The notes: generated by a model not told the origin, from the sequence alone. 64,000 nt of DNA from Spizellomyces punctatus DAOM BR117 (GCA_000182565.2 KQ257453.1); one strand, 5' to 3'; numbered from the stretch's first letter, positions 35,201 to 51,303 are shown. Numbers and translations are program-made.

Positions 35201-38200
35201 CCGCGAAGACCGCGAAGCCAAAGACTGAGCTTAGCGGGACTGAAGGATCCGCGCTGGATATTATCACAGAGCAAGGAGCTCCGTCCATGCCTACTGATGC
35301 CATCGAACTGCCTAAACCGGAGAAGGGTGATCGATTGCCGGCGGTTGTCACCATCACGGAAGACGAGCAGAGCTCCAAAACTGAGATTTCTGTCGCCGAT
35401 GTAACTGATGGAGTTGAGTCTACCACTGAGGACCAGATTGAATTCGAAAAAAGTGGTATACTGGTCACGGACGAGAATATAAGCTCGCGAGCCGAGACCG
35501 AGACTCCCGCAACAGAAGATCCGACAGCTGAATCAGCAGCTGATGTGCAACCAGGTCCATTGACCATTGAAGGAACCCCTAAAGTCAAAAGACGAGGCCG
35601 ACCTCCAAAAGTTACCAAGAGCACGCAAATCGACGTGACTGAGACCCCTGCAACAAAAGATGCGACGATTGAATCACCAAAACCTGTGGATACACCAGCC
35701 GTTGGTGAAAAAGGTCGGGGCAGTAAAAGAAGCCACCCTCCAAAGGTTGTCAACGATACGGAGGAGGATACGAGTGCAGGGGCCGTGCCAGACGATGTCA
35801 TAGTTAAAACTGCGGACATCATAGGTACAGCAGGTCTCGGTGACAACGCTCAGGTCAGAAAGCGAGGCCGGCCACCAAAGGTGACCAGGAATACGACGGA
35901 GGACATAAACTCAGCGTCGAAGGATACGATCGCTGAAGTCCGCATCGAGGCGACGGATGCATCAACCAATGATGAGAAGACTCCAGTTAGAAGGAGAGGT
36001 CGACCTCCCAAGGTTGCCAAAAACACGACAGAGGACATGAATTCACCGGCTGAGGCACCTGCAATTAAAGCTGCGACGGCTGAAGCTCCTGAATCCTTGA
36101 GTAAGTCGACTCTCAATGACAAGACTCAGGTCAGAAAAAGAGGTCGACCTCGAAAGGCTGCCACGGATATGAAGGAGGACACTTGCACCGGAGCTGAAAC
36201 TCGGACCGAAGATGTGACTGATCCATCAGTAAATTCGCCGCAACCACATGCGGAAACTGCTGATGAGCAGCGTGAAGTTGAAGGAAGAGGTCGGACGGAT
36301 AGCCCGCAGGCGACAACACTTGGCCCTCAAGCTGCTCAAGAAGAGACGGCCGCAGCAGAAAGTTCAACCACCGATTCTGTGCTCTCAGCTTCCGTAGAAA
36401 CCCGTAGCGAGCCACCTCAACCAAGAAAGAGTAGAAGAGGCGCTGCGAGAGCGAGAAAGGAGGAGACCACTGATGTGCACTCAGTGGATGCGGTATTAAA
36501 GGATCAGGCACGCTCCACTGAAGTGGTCGTTGAGCAGGAAGGAGATGATGAAACGAAGGGTGAGGCAAAGGGCAATGCCAACATCGAAACGGAACAGAAT
36601 ATGAGCGTGGAGACTGCGAACGCGATGGTACAGGAACTGGAAGTTAAAGATGCTACTGATCAAGTGATTGAACAGCCTAAAGTTGGAAGACGTGGAAGAA
36701 GGAGAAGCATGAACAAAGGAAAGCAGGGTAGCAGTCATACCGACACTGGAACTACTCGAGTTCCAGTAACAGATGAACAGCCTACCGTCCCTACCTCGAC
36801 AGAGACGGTGGCTGAACACGCGGAGGACACAGATAGGAAAGCTGCCAACGCCAAGAGCAAGGAACTCGCAAAAGAGGCGAACCTTGAACCAGTTGTTGAG
36901 ATACCTTCCGTCGAAGACTCTGCTGAGCAACCCGTTGATGCACAAGGTATCGGGAAACGACGTCGAGGCCGGGCCGCCGCAAAGGCCCAGAAGAACAGAG
37001 AGACGAGCAATGACGCAGATCTTGAACACGCATCGATCGAATGCGAAGATCACGAAACCACACCAGCAGACCCAACTGATTCGCAACCGGCACCCAAAGC
37101 TAAGTCGCGGGGAAGGGCGGTTGCAAAAAAGTCCGAAGATGTGAAAAAGGAAGAGGCCAGAAAAGAAGACGTAGAAGCTCTTTCGTTAGAGTCGGGAGAG
37201 TCAGCCCCGCCGTCCACTACGGCAGAAGTTGTTCAGCAAGACACTGAAGTTGAAGGAAAGGTGCGCGGTATGCGCAATGCCAAAGCTAGGCAACCTAAAC
37301 AACAAGAAGCGGTGGAAGCAGAGGCCGCGGACGGGTTGCAGCAAAGCACTGTGGAGTCTGTACCATCCGGCTCCACCACTGAAGATCATCAGCCGGTGGC
37401 TGTTAGACGGAAGAGGGGAAGAGCTGCTTCGAAGGCGAAAACCCTAATGGAAGAGAGCGCAGCAGTTGAAAACTCTACACCCGTCGATACTCATGCAACG
37501 GATGTGACAATCGAGCCAGTGCCGCCGTCCATTGTTCCAGAGGCCGAAGAGAAACCATCCGATGCTAGTGTAAAGGTCCGGACTAGAGCGGGTGGAAAAA
37601 GAACCAAGACCAAGGAAGGCAAGAGCGAGGACAAGACAATCCCAAATGTCGATGATGCTCCAGAATTTGTAGAAGCACAAGCTCCATCTACCCCATCAGA
37701 GATGACCAAAAAGCTTAGAGGTAGACCCGCGGCCAAAACCAAAGCCGCTGTGGAAGACTTCGGCGAGAATAATCCAAGTGAGGACGTTGCAGCGGAAGAG
37801 CCGATGCCAATTCCGACACCTGCCGATGTGGAACCTGAGCGTGCAAGAAGGGGCAGAAGAAGGGCTGCTGCTACAGAGAACAAGGCTGCAAGCGAGCAGG
37901 AGAAAGACCTCAAAGAGAATCCATCAACTCAGGCTGACACTGAAACTCAGCCTGAAGTTGAGGTTAAGGGTAAAGGCAGGGCGGTTACCAGAGCCAGAAA
38001 GGCAATGGAGGAAAGAACAGATGAAAATGCGCTGGCTGAGGCCGAGCCTATAGACCAACCGTCAATAGAACAAACCTCGCGAAAAGGCGGTTTACGACGG
38101 GCAGCTGCAAAGACCAAGACGGACAACAAACAAGTAGCAGAAGCTGATACAAAAGAGGCACCTGTGGATGACGTCCCAGATGGGAAGCGAACGACCAAGG

Positions 38201-38388
38201 GCGTCACCTCGAGAGCAAAGCAGCAAACGAGAGCATCAACCAAGGAAAATCATGACCCAAAAGCTGACACTGAAAGCAACGCGGACAGCAAACCCATATC
38301 AATTCCGACAGAATCTTTTTATGGGGCTGCTGAAGAAAAGAAAGTAACCAGAGCTACTGCGGCAAGACGGAAGAAAGCCGCGAAGTAA
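32223..38388 (+). CDS. Ki-67-like protein (~1961 aa): FHA + MSP + Ki-67/RepoMan PP1-binding motif + long disordered AT-hook/charge-block tail; exons 32223-32296, 32376-32414, 32490-32574, 32645-34495, 34552-38388
   Basis: All four introns are GT-AG and keep frame (5886 nt in total). FHA YGRVVAIRKTGEDAG...FTIGRDLSCDIKIRLLTVSRVHA...LKNGDVIDIQGRRFRFE; MSP INVKTNAPDRYRISPATGSIAPG; spliced KKGVTFGPP|LSPEVFDETLPINSPVVRG. Confidence 0.85.
35575..36180 (+). repeat. Five degenerate ~45-aa coding repeats, four carrying an RGRP AT-hook core
   Basis: KVKRRGRPPKVTKST, SKRSHPPKVVNDTEED, QVRKRGRPPKVTRNTTED, PVRRRGRPPKVAKNTTED, QVRKRGRPRKAATDMKED at roughly 130-145 nt spacing. Confidence 0.8.
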
Positions 38389-38803
38389 TTATTTTTTGTA
38401 AACTGCCAAAGTGGGAGCCTTCCTTTGTAGTAGGCACTGGCCATTTTTGGTATCTCTTCCTAAACTACCGACATGTGATGTATATAACATAGTTTTTCTT
38501 TTGTCGAGGTGCTTTTGCATGTGATCAGGACAAATTGATCGTTGGATTGGAATTATGCCTCGGTGACCTGCTATATAGTAATCGGAATAGCTAGATTAGA
38601 CTTTGCCGTGACGCAGTCAAAGTCCCATAGCTGACGAGATACGAACGCTGCATATTCGCAGCAGATCTGCCCACAGTTGCGCTTCCGGTGTGATAGCCTC
38701 TGCAAGCTAGTCAATCGGCGAGCTGCGGCCGAAAGCTGGGGTAGGACGTTGAATGCTTGTTGCGGTCCGAAAGAACCCGGAGAGAGCCGGCACGCAGGAC
38801 TCG

Positions 38804-39253
38804 TCAAATTTCCAACGCCATGATGTCTTCATGAGCCTTTTTCACAAGGGCATCCACCATGGTCACGTCCAACACGCCCTTCTTCACCATCATCTCCAAA
38901 GCTTCCCTATCCCGCTTGAGGGCCACCTGTTGAACACTCTTTATCGTCCCACCCAAGTGAACCACACAAAAGATACATGGTCTGTTCCTAATCTTTGTGA
39001 TAAACGATAAGGCCGCCCACAGCATTTGATACGACTCTCTTGCGCAGCGTATAATGCCCGTTTGCGTGTGAGGCGAGTAGTATTTTACTGTGAAGGACGC
39101 GATCCCTATCCCATAATCTCCAAAGTTGAGTTCTAAGCTGTCTTTGAGAGAATTGTTAATCGTCCCCCCGTTGATCGCAGTGTCCACCGACGGCGGCGTC
39201 GAAGGATCAAAGTGGAGATTGAAGAGGAGGTAGCGGTTCTTTAGGCGGACCAT
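38804..39253 (-). CDS. POP5: RNase P/MRP protein subunit Pop5, intronless
   Basis: MVRLKNRYLLF, NFGDYG, VKYYSPHTQTGIIRCARE, LWAALSFIT, VVHLGGTIKS. Confidence 0.92.
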   Translation of the reverse strand: MVRLKNRYLLFNLHFDPSTPPSVDTAINGGTINNSLKDSLELNFGDYGIGIASFTVKYYSPHTQTGIIRCARESYQMLWAALSFITKIRNRPCIFCVVHLGGTIKSVQQVALKRDREALEMMVKKGVLDVTMVDALVKKAHEDIMALEI

Positions 39254-39624
39254 CCCGAAGATTTCCAGATCTTCCTTCCTTGGCAAAGTCGGCCGTTCGC
39301 AAGTCGCTGCCTGCGAATCGATGAGATCATGTGATTCCTGCTCGGAATGGTTAAATGACTCACCCAAGCAAGCGTCCCGCCAGGTTCCGACTCCCGCAAA
39401 CAGCCAACGCAACGTTTTCCCCATTTCATTTTCGTCATTCCAATTTGGCACGGCCTCAATCTACGACTGGAATTTGGGTTACAAAGCTACATCTTGTCAC
39501 CTTTCCTTCTCTGCGGGAATTTGGGTGAATTGGTTTGGCCTTGTTTCTGGCAAATGGACATTTAAAGACTTGAAGCCTCATTACCAAAAACGAAGACTGT
39601 TATTCCTGTAAACACCAAGGAAAA

Positions 39625-42600
39625 ATGACTTCTGTCGTTGCATTCGCCGCTGGAAAGGTATGTATCGTTGGACCTTGTCTCAGCCTCCGTCAAGCTGAAC
39701 ACTCTTCTTGGACCCTTCTCCCTCGGGTTTCATTGACAGGTGGTCTCGGCCGTCAGCACCGTCAGCGCCTTCTACAGCGAGGTCAACCCAGCTACATTAT
39801 CTGGTGCCATCGATGTCGTAGTGGTACAGCACCCAGATGGCGAACTGGTGTGCTCCCCGTTTCACGTGAGATTTGGCAAGCTCAAGCTTTTGCGGCCCCA
39901 CGATAAGGCGGTCGAGGTTAGCATCAATGGCAGGCCAACCGACCTTCTTATGAAGGTCGGAGAAGCCGGCGAAGCTTTCTTTGTCGTTGAGACGGATAAT
40001 CCGGTTCCCTCTGAATATGCGACTTCGCCAATCCAGCAACCATTGAAGCACGAGGTATGTGATAGGTCGTCAGACATAAACAATCCTTTATTTATGTTCA
40101 TATCTCGTGATTCATTATAGGTGAATGTTGAACCTCTTGACCTAAACGCCACGACTATCCCGGAGACCGCCGCTGCTAACGGCGAACCCATCACACCCAC
40201 TGGTATGCCTCGCTCAAGTACGAGACTGGAACGTAGCGGTGTTCTTAATTCTTTTGCCGTATGTCTTTAGCGAACGGCTATGTCAGTGCCCATGGATCAG
40301 GTACTTGTCAAAGGCTAGGTACTGATTATCAACCGCTTTGATAATTAATGGCTTTGACAGATATTGGTGAGGACGAATACCCAGTCACAGACGCCAGCCA
40401 GGGCGCCACTGCTGGGTCAATCGAGAATAGACAGAATGGAGACAGGCTAAACACGTCAGAGGCTCATGCCAAGCCTGCGTCATCGAAAGCTTCCGCGAAG
40501 GGATCAGAGCTACCCATCGACGCGGACGATGTTGTTCAAGCGTTTCCCCACGATGCTCACCTATTTGGGATTATTCCGGAAAATGAGAAAAGGACATTCA
40601 ACGAGCAAAGGGACTAAAACCAAGACAGGGGATCAACTCCACCCGCAACAGAATGCCCTGCTGAATGGAGCCACTTCTGACAGCAACACGGACACAAGCA
40701 GGCATCTTCGGCGATCATCCAAATCTTCAGGGAAAACAAAAGGATCGGACCGCCCCATTGATGCAGAGGACGTAACACAATCGTTTGCCGCTGATGCCCA
40801 TCTTGTCGGTATGGTGCAGGGGGAAAACGACAAGGACCCGAATCAAGATGGAGTCGTGGAAACAGCTCCATCCGTAGTGGACGAATCTGATCCAGTAGGT
40901 GCCAGTTTGGGGAGCGAGTCTAAGCAAGTGGATATAGAGAGGTCGACGACTGTACATATCAGAACTATTGATGAGATCAATCTGGACGGCTCTATCTTCA
41001 CTTCGCAGGTCGTATCCGTCGAAGCCGAAGAAACTCAAAAGCCCACCAAAGCTGAGCAACCTGCGGAAACTCCTGCGTCTTTGGCCCAAGCAAGCCCACA
41101 GACAGCCGCGGCTCTGCCAGAGATCCTGGTGGAGAGTCATGCTCCCAGCGCATTACCCACACCCAGCTCTGGTAAATCTTCGTTCGAAGGCTTGCTTTTA
41201 TCTGTTTTCAAAATCCGTTTAATCAATTATATTCCATTGTTTATTTAAGTTCTGACCGACGACCCAATGGTTAAGACCGCCAAGAACGTAAACGCCGCTC
41301 TCGGATCACATGTTCCCGTTGTTCCCCTTCACGCACATGTGCTCTCTACATCGAAACTTTCTAAACCGCCGGTGCCGCAAGTGGAACTGGAAAAGCCCAA
41401 ATTGCCCCATTCAAAGTCCCTCCCTTTCGCAGCGGATTCTGGTGAGCTGAAACGTGGCGGCCATAGTCGAGCATCGTCAATGCAGATGATTCAGGAAGTC
41501 TCTGCAGACAATGGTATGCAATGCACCGGTCATGGGATTTGGGAGAGAAATACTCATGTTTGTTGCCCAGGTACTACTGTTATAGTGACTGAGAACGAGG
41601 AAGGCACACAGTATGTCCTTGTTGCGGCACAGTTATTTGACATTAGTTAATCGGATTGATTTGTAGAATGCCGGGAGGTTATATTAAGCGAGCTAATACA
41701 GGCCCCTTAAGTGACACCGAAGTCGAGGTTTGTTCATCCATCCATGCAAGCAACCATCGAATATTTAGACTTCTAAATTCACATGCGCATGCATCATTCA
41801 CTAGTATAAGGACTATGAGGCAGAAAAGAAGGAGCAGAGAAGGCGAGGATGGAGTTGGCGATGGGGCGGCTTGCCCAAAAAGAACGCGGACGATAAGGCG
41901 GATGACGCAGAGACTCCGCTGCGAAGAGATAGAACAAAGAGCGCTGAACCCCTATCATCTATGTCGGTCGATGAAAAAGTCAACAGCTATTTGGCAGGCT
42001 TGCCAAATCGGTCGTTTTCCCCTGACAGGGCAGGATCCCCTGAACTTGTTTCGGAACCTGCTCAATCACCCGAACCTGCTGCTGTACCCCATGAGTCAGA
42101 CCTTGCCAATGGACCCGAGGTGCCTTTGAGCTTTGCTTTTAATGCTGATGTGGACATGGAGATGTCACTTTGTGGATATGACAAAATGCGCTCTGTTCAG
42201 CCAGAGGTAGGGCTGAGGGGGACTATAACAGCTTGGAAAGAGTGTGAGATGCTCATCCCGATCATCTGTCATAGGAAGGGGAAGAGTTATTCCAAAAGAA
42301 TCTCATCACCTTTGAGTCATTCTGTAAAAACCCAGAATTGTTGATGGACCCGAATTTGGTGTTCAGGATCAACGGCAAGTAAGTATCACATCATATCTAT
42401 TCCGCTTCTGATGTGGATCAGATTACAAATGCACTCTTCAGTTACTACAGCTGGGCGATGGCGGGCCCAATGCTCATGGCCAACATAGCGTTCAAGAAAC
42501 CTCTTCCGGAGGACCTTGTACAACGGCTTGCCCAACAGCAGGGACCAGGCCAAGCGACCGCTGACAATCGTCGGTACAGTTTCAACCAATTGAAGTCATG

Positions 42601-44301
42601 GTGGAGCAGGTCTTCGTCCAGCAAAATTACCAACATCGATCCGGTAATCTTCTGTCGCGCACTTGATTAGAATCAGGCAGGCGTGCTCACTTGAATTGTC
42701 GTATACAATAGGAGGGCAAAGTAAAAGTAGAGACCGATGTCAAACTGGAGCGGAAAGAAAAGGCAACCGTTCCACAGGAGCCTCCTAAGCAACCTGAATC
42801 GCCTGTGCAGGAACAGAAATTTCCTGCCAAGTTTGCCAAATCGTTGCGATTGACATCTGAGCAACTGGTAGTTGTGCTTTAGACGTCGACATGGTAATCT
42901 CACTTTCTAATATTCGTTCATTTTGCAGAAACACCTCAATTTGAATAAAGGAGCAAACACTATCACCTTCTCTGTCAACCAAGGAGGCGCAAGCGTTTCT
43001 GCCAAACTCTTCCTCTATGACTATACCTGTAAGATTGTGATTTCTGATATCGATGGTACAATTACCAAGTAAGCAGAATCGTCCATGGTGAACATTTTCA
43101 GTCTGTCATTAACCGATACTTACTTCTAGGTCTGATGCTCTTGGGCACATTTTCACAATGGTCGGAAAGGATTGGACCCACTTGGGGATTGCCAGTCTGT
43201 ACACCAACATTAGAAAGAACGGGTACCACATACTGTATCTGACATCTCGGGCCATTGGACAGGTATGGTGCACATTCAGCGCCTGGCAGTTAACAAATTG
43301 GCTAATATTATTGTCCCATTCTGCAGGCTGGTTCCACACGAGAATATCTTGCCAAAGTAGAACAGGGAGGCTATCAGCTTCCCGAAGGGCCTGTCATCAT
43401 GTCACCTGATCGGCTCTTTGCCTCTTTCCATCGGTACGTGGGGCATGGACTGGTACTCTGAGTGCTCTTTCAATGTTTAACTCTTTCCATAGTGAGGTCA
43501 TCCTACGCAAACCTGAAGAGTTCAAAATGGCGTGTCTGCGTGACATCAAACGCTTATTTGGAGATAGGACGCCGTTCTATGCTGGATTTGGAAATCGAAT
43601 CACGGTATGTAAAGTGTAAGATATTATTGGTTCGATTGACGATGAGTCTCAATTATGTTATTGGAATCGATAGGACGCACTATCATATAGAAGTGTAGAT
43701 GTCCCATCGTCGCGTATTTTCACAATTGACCCAGCCGGAGACGTAAAGCTAGAGTTGTTGGCTGAGTACAAGTCTTCGTAAGTATTAAAACAGATCTTGT
43801 TGCGTTTTGAGAGTTCCAACTAATTGGAATACGCTGTCACAGATACGTCAAACTGAACGATATTGTTGACCAAATATTTCGTATGTGCTCTGAGAATATT
43901 TACTCTTCATATTTAAACTTGCCTAATTACAGTTGTAACTCTCTCCAGCCCCTATAAACGGTGGTGGCCTCGTCACTCCAGAGTTCAATGACTGGAACTA
44001 TTGGAAGAGTGACTTGCCTCATATTGAGCTCCCTGGTGAAGCCAGTACTGACGCAGAGATGGAAGCCAAACAGGAAGAGGAGGTTGATGAAGAGCTAGAC
44101 GATGAATATGAAGATTCCGATGACGTGTCAGAATTCTACGAAGAGGACGAAGAGGAGGAGGCTGATACAGGAGGATCAACTGCGGATGCGGCCAAGCTTG
44201 CGGATGCCATGCCAGTATCCGATAATGCGGCTGATACTGCCGTAAAGGCTTTGGAGGAGCAAGTTGAAGAGGAGGAAGATCCGGGTGCTTGGCGAGGTTA
44301 A
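39625..44301 (+). CDS. PAH1: Lipin / phosphatidate phosphatase, many exons; one apparent frameshift near 40590
   Basis: [18 protein letters not shown]...[18 protein letters not shown] motif [56 protein letters not shown]. Confidence 0.95.
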
Positions 44302-44578
44302 CTTTGAGGATATGAACTTTAGCTGGACGATGAAAATAGAAGTTCTATGATATTTGGAAAGGGACACTATATAGAGGGGTGTATGGGGATGATATAGCGA
44401 GTCGCATTAACGTCCATGTTTAATAGAAGTTTAGCTTATAGCGTTTGAGTAATTCAGTCAACCAAGAGCATTAGAAAAACTTTCAAAGTTTTGTTGATTA
44501 TAGTAGCGAAAGAATTATATAATACAGAGCAAGAAGGCGAAACGTTACGCCAGACAATAGAATCTTGAGCACTCTATC

Positions 44579-44678
44579 NNNNNNNNNNNNNNNNNNNNNN
44601 NNNNNNNNNNNNNNNNNNNNNNNNNNNNNNNNNNNNNNNNNNNNNNNNNNNNNNNNNNNNNNNNNNNNNNNNNNNNNN
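44579..44678. other. Scaffold gap (100 N)
   Basis: Run of N bases. Confidence 1.
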
Positions 44679-44720
44679 GCGAACAAGATTCACGAGAAAC
44701 CGGCACTTTTAAACAGGCAG

Positions 44721-45027
44721 TTAAAAGCTTTCGGGAGACAGGTAGTATCTAGCCTTGGCAACAAGGTCTTGGGCACCCGAAAGGCAGGTATGCGTAAACA
44801 GTATACAACGTCATGCAAACAAAGAGGAGGACAACAGTATCTAGAGTGAAACAAATGGATGTCGGTGAGTGTGGAACCCAACAATGCTTGCTGGAGCGCA
44901 TTAACTCACTAAAGATGGCCTTTTCCCACGGTTCCATCATGTAGAGACCAAAGGTCCATTCATACTGACGAACTTTTAGCGAAAAGTACGAGCGTGGTCT
45001 AGCAAGGATGGAGGACGAGGATGCCAT
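44721..45027 (-). CDS. Serine palmitoyltransferase small subunit (ssSPT/SPTSS family), 2 exons; apparent frameshift near 44780
   Basis: QYEWTFGLYMMEPWEKAIF|NTVVLLFVCMTLYTVYAYLP matches the family pattern Y-x-x-T-x-x-LYM-x-EPWE...YLP. Confidence 0.85.
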
Positions 45028-45150
45028 GGCGAGTTGCTAATGGAACAAGATCCCCCCGTTGGTTGGCCCACAGCTCTTTCCAAAACTTGGCTGCGGGTCA
45101 AAATTCAAGCCTTGATGACATAAGCGTACCGCGTCTCAAAAAATTGACAG

Positions 45151-45236
45151 GGGGCTTAGTAAAGGGTAAATTCGGCAAAACACGCCATCGCGCCTCACGT
45201 GTTTTTAATCATGTGGCCGATTCGTGGGGCTTAGTA
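45151..45236. promoter_or_regulatory. Direct 11-bp repeat flanking an E-box in the ssSPT/SLC1 divergent promoter
   Basis: GGGGCTTAGTA at 45151-45161 and 45226-45236; CACGTG at 45196-45201. Confidence 0.45.
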
Positions 45237-45421
45237 GCCTTGCTGTCACATGCCAACGTTCCGATCGAGGGATTTGGGCGGAACCCAACTTTTTGAACGG
45301 CTAGCGCTTTTTTGCCAAGGAACTTGGGGGGATTTTAAACATTTCATCGACGGGATTTTTGGCTTGTTTTGGTGAGCGAATTTCCAATTCTTCTTGGCGG
45401 TGACAAGTGTCTCCACTGAGC

Positions 45422-46624
45422 ATGACAAAGACGACGCGAAAGACCGAGACAGCCAGCCGCCTCATGACGCTCCTTGCCCGACCTCAAGCTCCTGCGTTGG
45501 CCGCGGGAGCCCTCATATTCCTCATCCTCTTTCGACGCTCGAGCCGGTTCCGCTTCTTTGCAAGAATGTTTGGGTTCATCTTTACCATGGCCATCTCTTG
45601 CATCGTTGGGATCACAGTCGCTCCTGTTATGTGGCTTTTGGGAAAACCTGGGCTGACAAACTATGTTGTTGCACGGACGTTTGCGCTCATTGGCCCACAC
45701 TTTTGTGGGCTGAAATTCAAGGTGGAGGGAAAAGAACATCTCAAGAACACTCCCATGCCGGCTGTCTTTGTCTGTAATCATCAGAGCTCGCTGGATCTAT
45801 TGGCAATGTCAGTGGTGATATTGCTTTTTGGACGCGTTCAGTTGTAAGGTGTTTTAACCATGGATGTTGTTGATCGACAGGGGCGCCATTTTGCCAAAGA
45901 ATGTCGTCGTGATGGGCAAAAAGTCAATAAAATACGTCCCGCTACTCGGCTGGTTCAGTACGTAGTTGAATTGTCTGATAATTGTTGATCTTGAGATTGA
46001 CTATTTGATCATCATCACAACAGTGGCTCTCGGTAACAATGTGTTTATTGACCGCAAGAATCGCGGACACGCATTGGAGACAATGGCAAAGGTGGCAGTC
46101 TATCTCAAGGAACACAAGGTAAACCTACATCCGATTTCGATATATCAAAATGCCACTCCAGATCTGATCATGTACCATCACTGGCAGTATGGGCTGTGGC
46201 TCTTCCCGGAAGGCACGCGGTCCCACCAAACAGACGACTCGCTACTTCCGTTCAAAAAGGGAGCATTCCATTTGGCCGTTCAGGGACAGATTCCTGTCAT
46301 TCCCATTGTGTTTTCCACCTATTACCCTTGTTACCATCAGAAGAACCAGATTTTTGAACCTGGAGTGGTTACCATAAAAGGTTAGTAGTCCTCTTGAGCA
46401 TCCGTCTCAGTATAGTCAAACTGCTGTGCACGTCTTCTAAACTTCACTTGCGCCACCCAGTTCTGCCACCGATTCCAACCACAGGCCTTGAAACCGCCAA
46501 TGTCGACGACTTGCTTGCAAAAACCCGAGATACCATGGCTGAGGCTCTCAAAGGCATCAAGACTAAACCAACTGGTTCCGTCTTACCACCAATATCAGCG
46601 GACTCTGCCAAAAAACTAGAATAG
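45422..46624 (+). CDS. SLC1: 1-acyl-sn-glycerol-3-phosphate acyltransferase (LPAAT), multi-exon; start 45422 or 45464
   Basis: VFVCNHQSSLDL (HX4D), NVFIDRKNR, LFPEGTRS, LLPFKKGAFHLAVQGQIPVIPIV. Confidence 0.93.
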
Positions 46625-46865
46625 AATCGGCACATTTCTTTTCAAGATGTTTATACCATGGTGGTCACGACTGGAATACCTCATCATACTCCCTATGTAA
46701 ACGTTCGCGAGATAATCAAGTTGTGGAAAGGGTGCTTGTTTCGTACGGCGTGGGTTCTTTCCTACGCAAATTTTATTGCCTAACAAATAGATGCTATTTT
46801 ATCTTAGTTCCCTTGCTTGCTATATCTACACATGGTTCTATATAATATATGGCTTTAACAGATCG

Positions 46866-51303
<4,438 letters not shown>

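Noticed and set aside
38630-38670. CTGACGA resembling a hammerhead ribozyme core
   Set aside because: No stem II followed by GAAA and no cleavage-site helix could be built.
39254-39451. 66-aa in-frame extension upstream of POP5
   Set aside because: It starts at a non-ATG codon and the conserved Pop5 start MVRLKNRY is at 39253; probably UTR or promoter.
4064-44301. Nuclear-envelope theme (IMA1, KAR5, lipin, Ki-67-like)
   Set aside because: The genes are spread over 40 kb among unrelated housekeeping genes; no evidence of a cluster.
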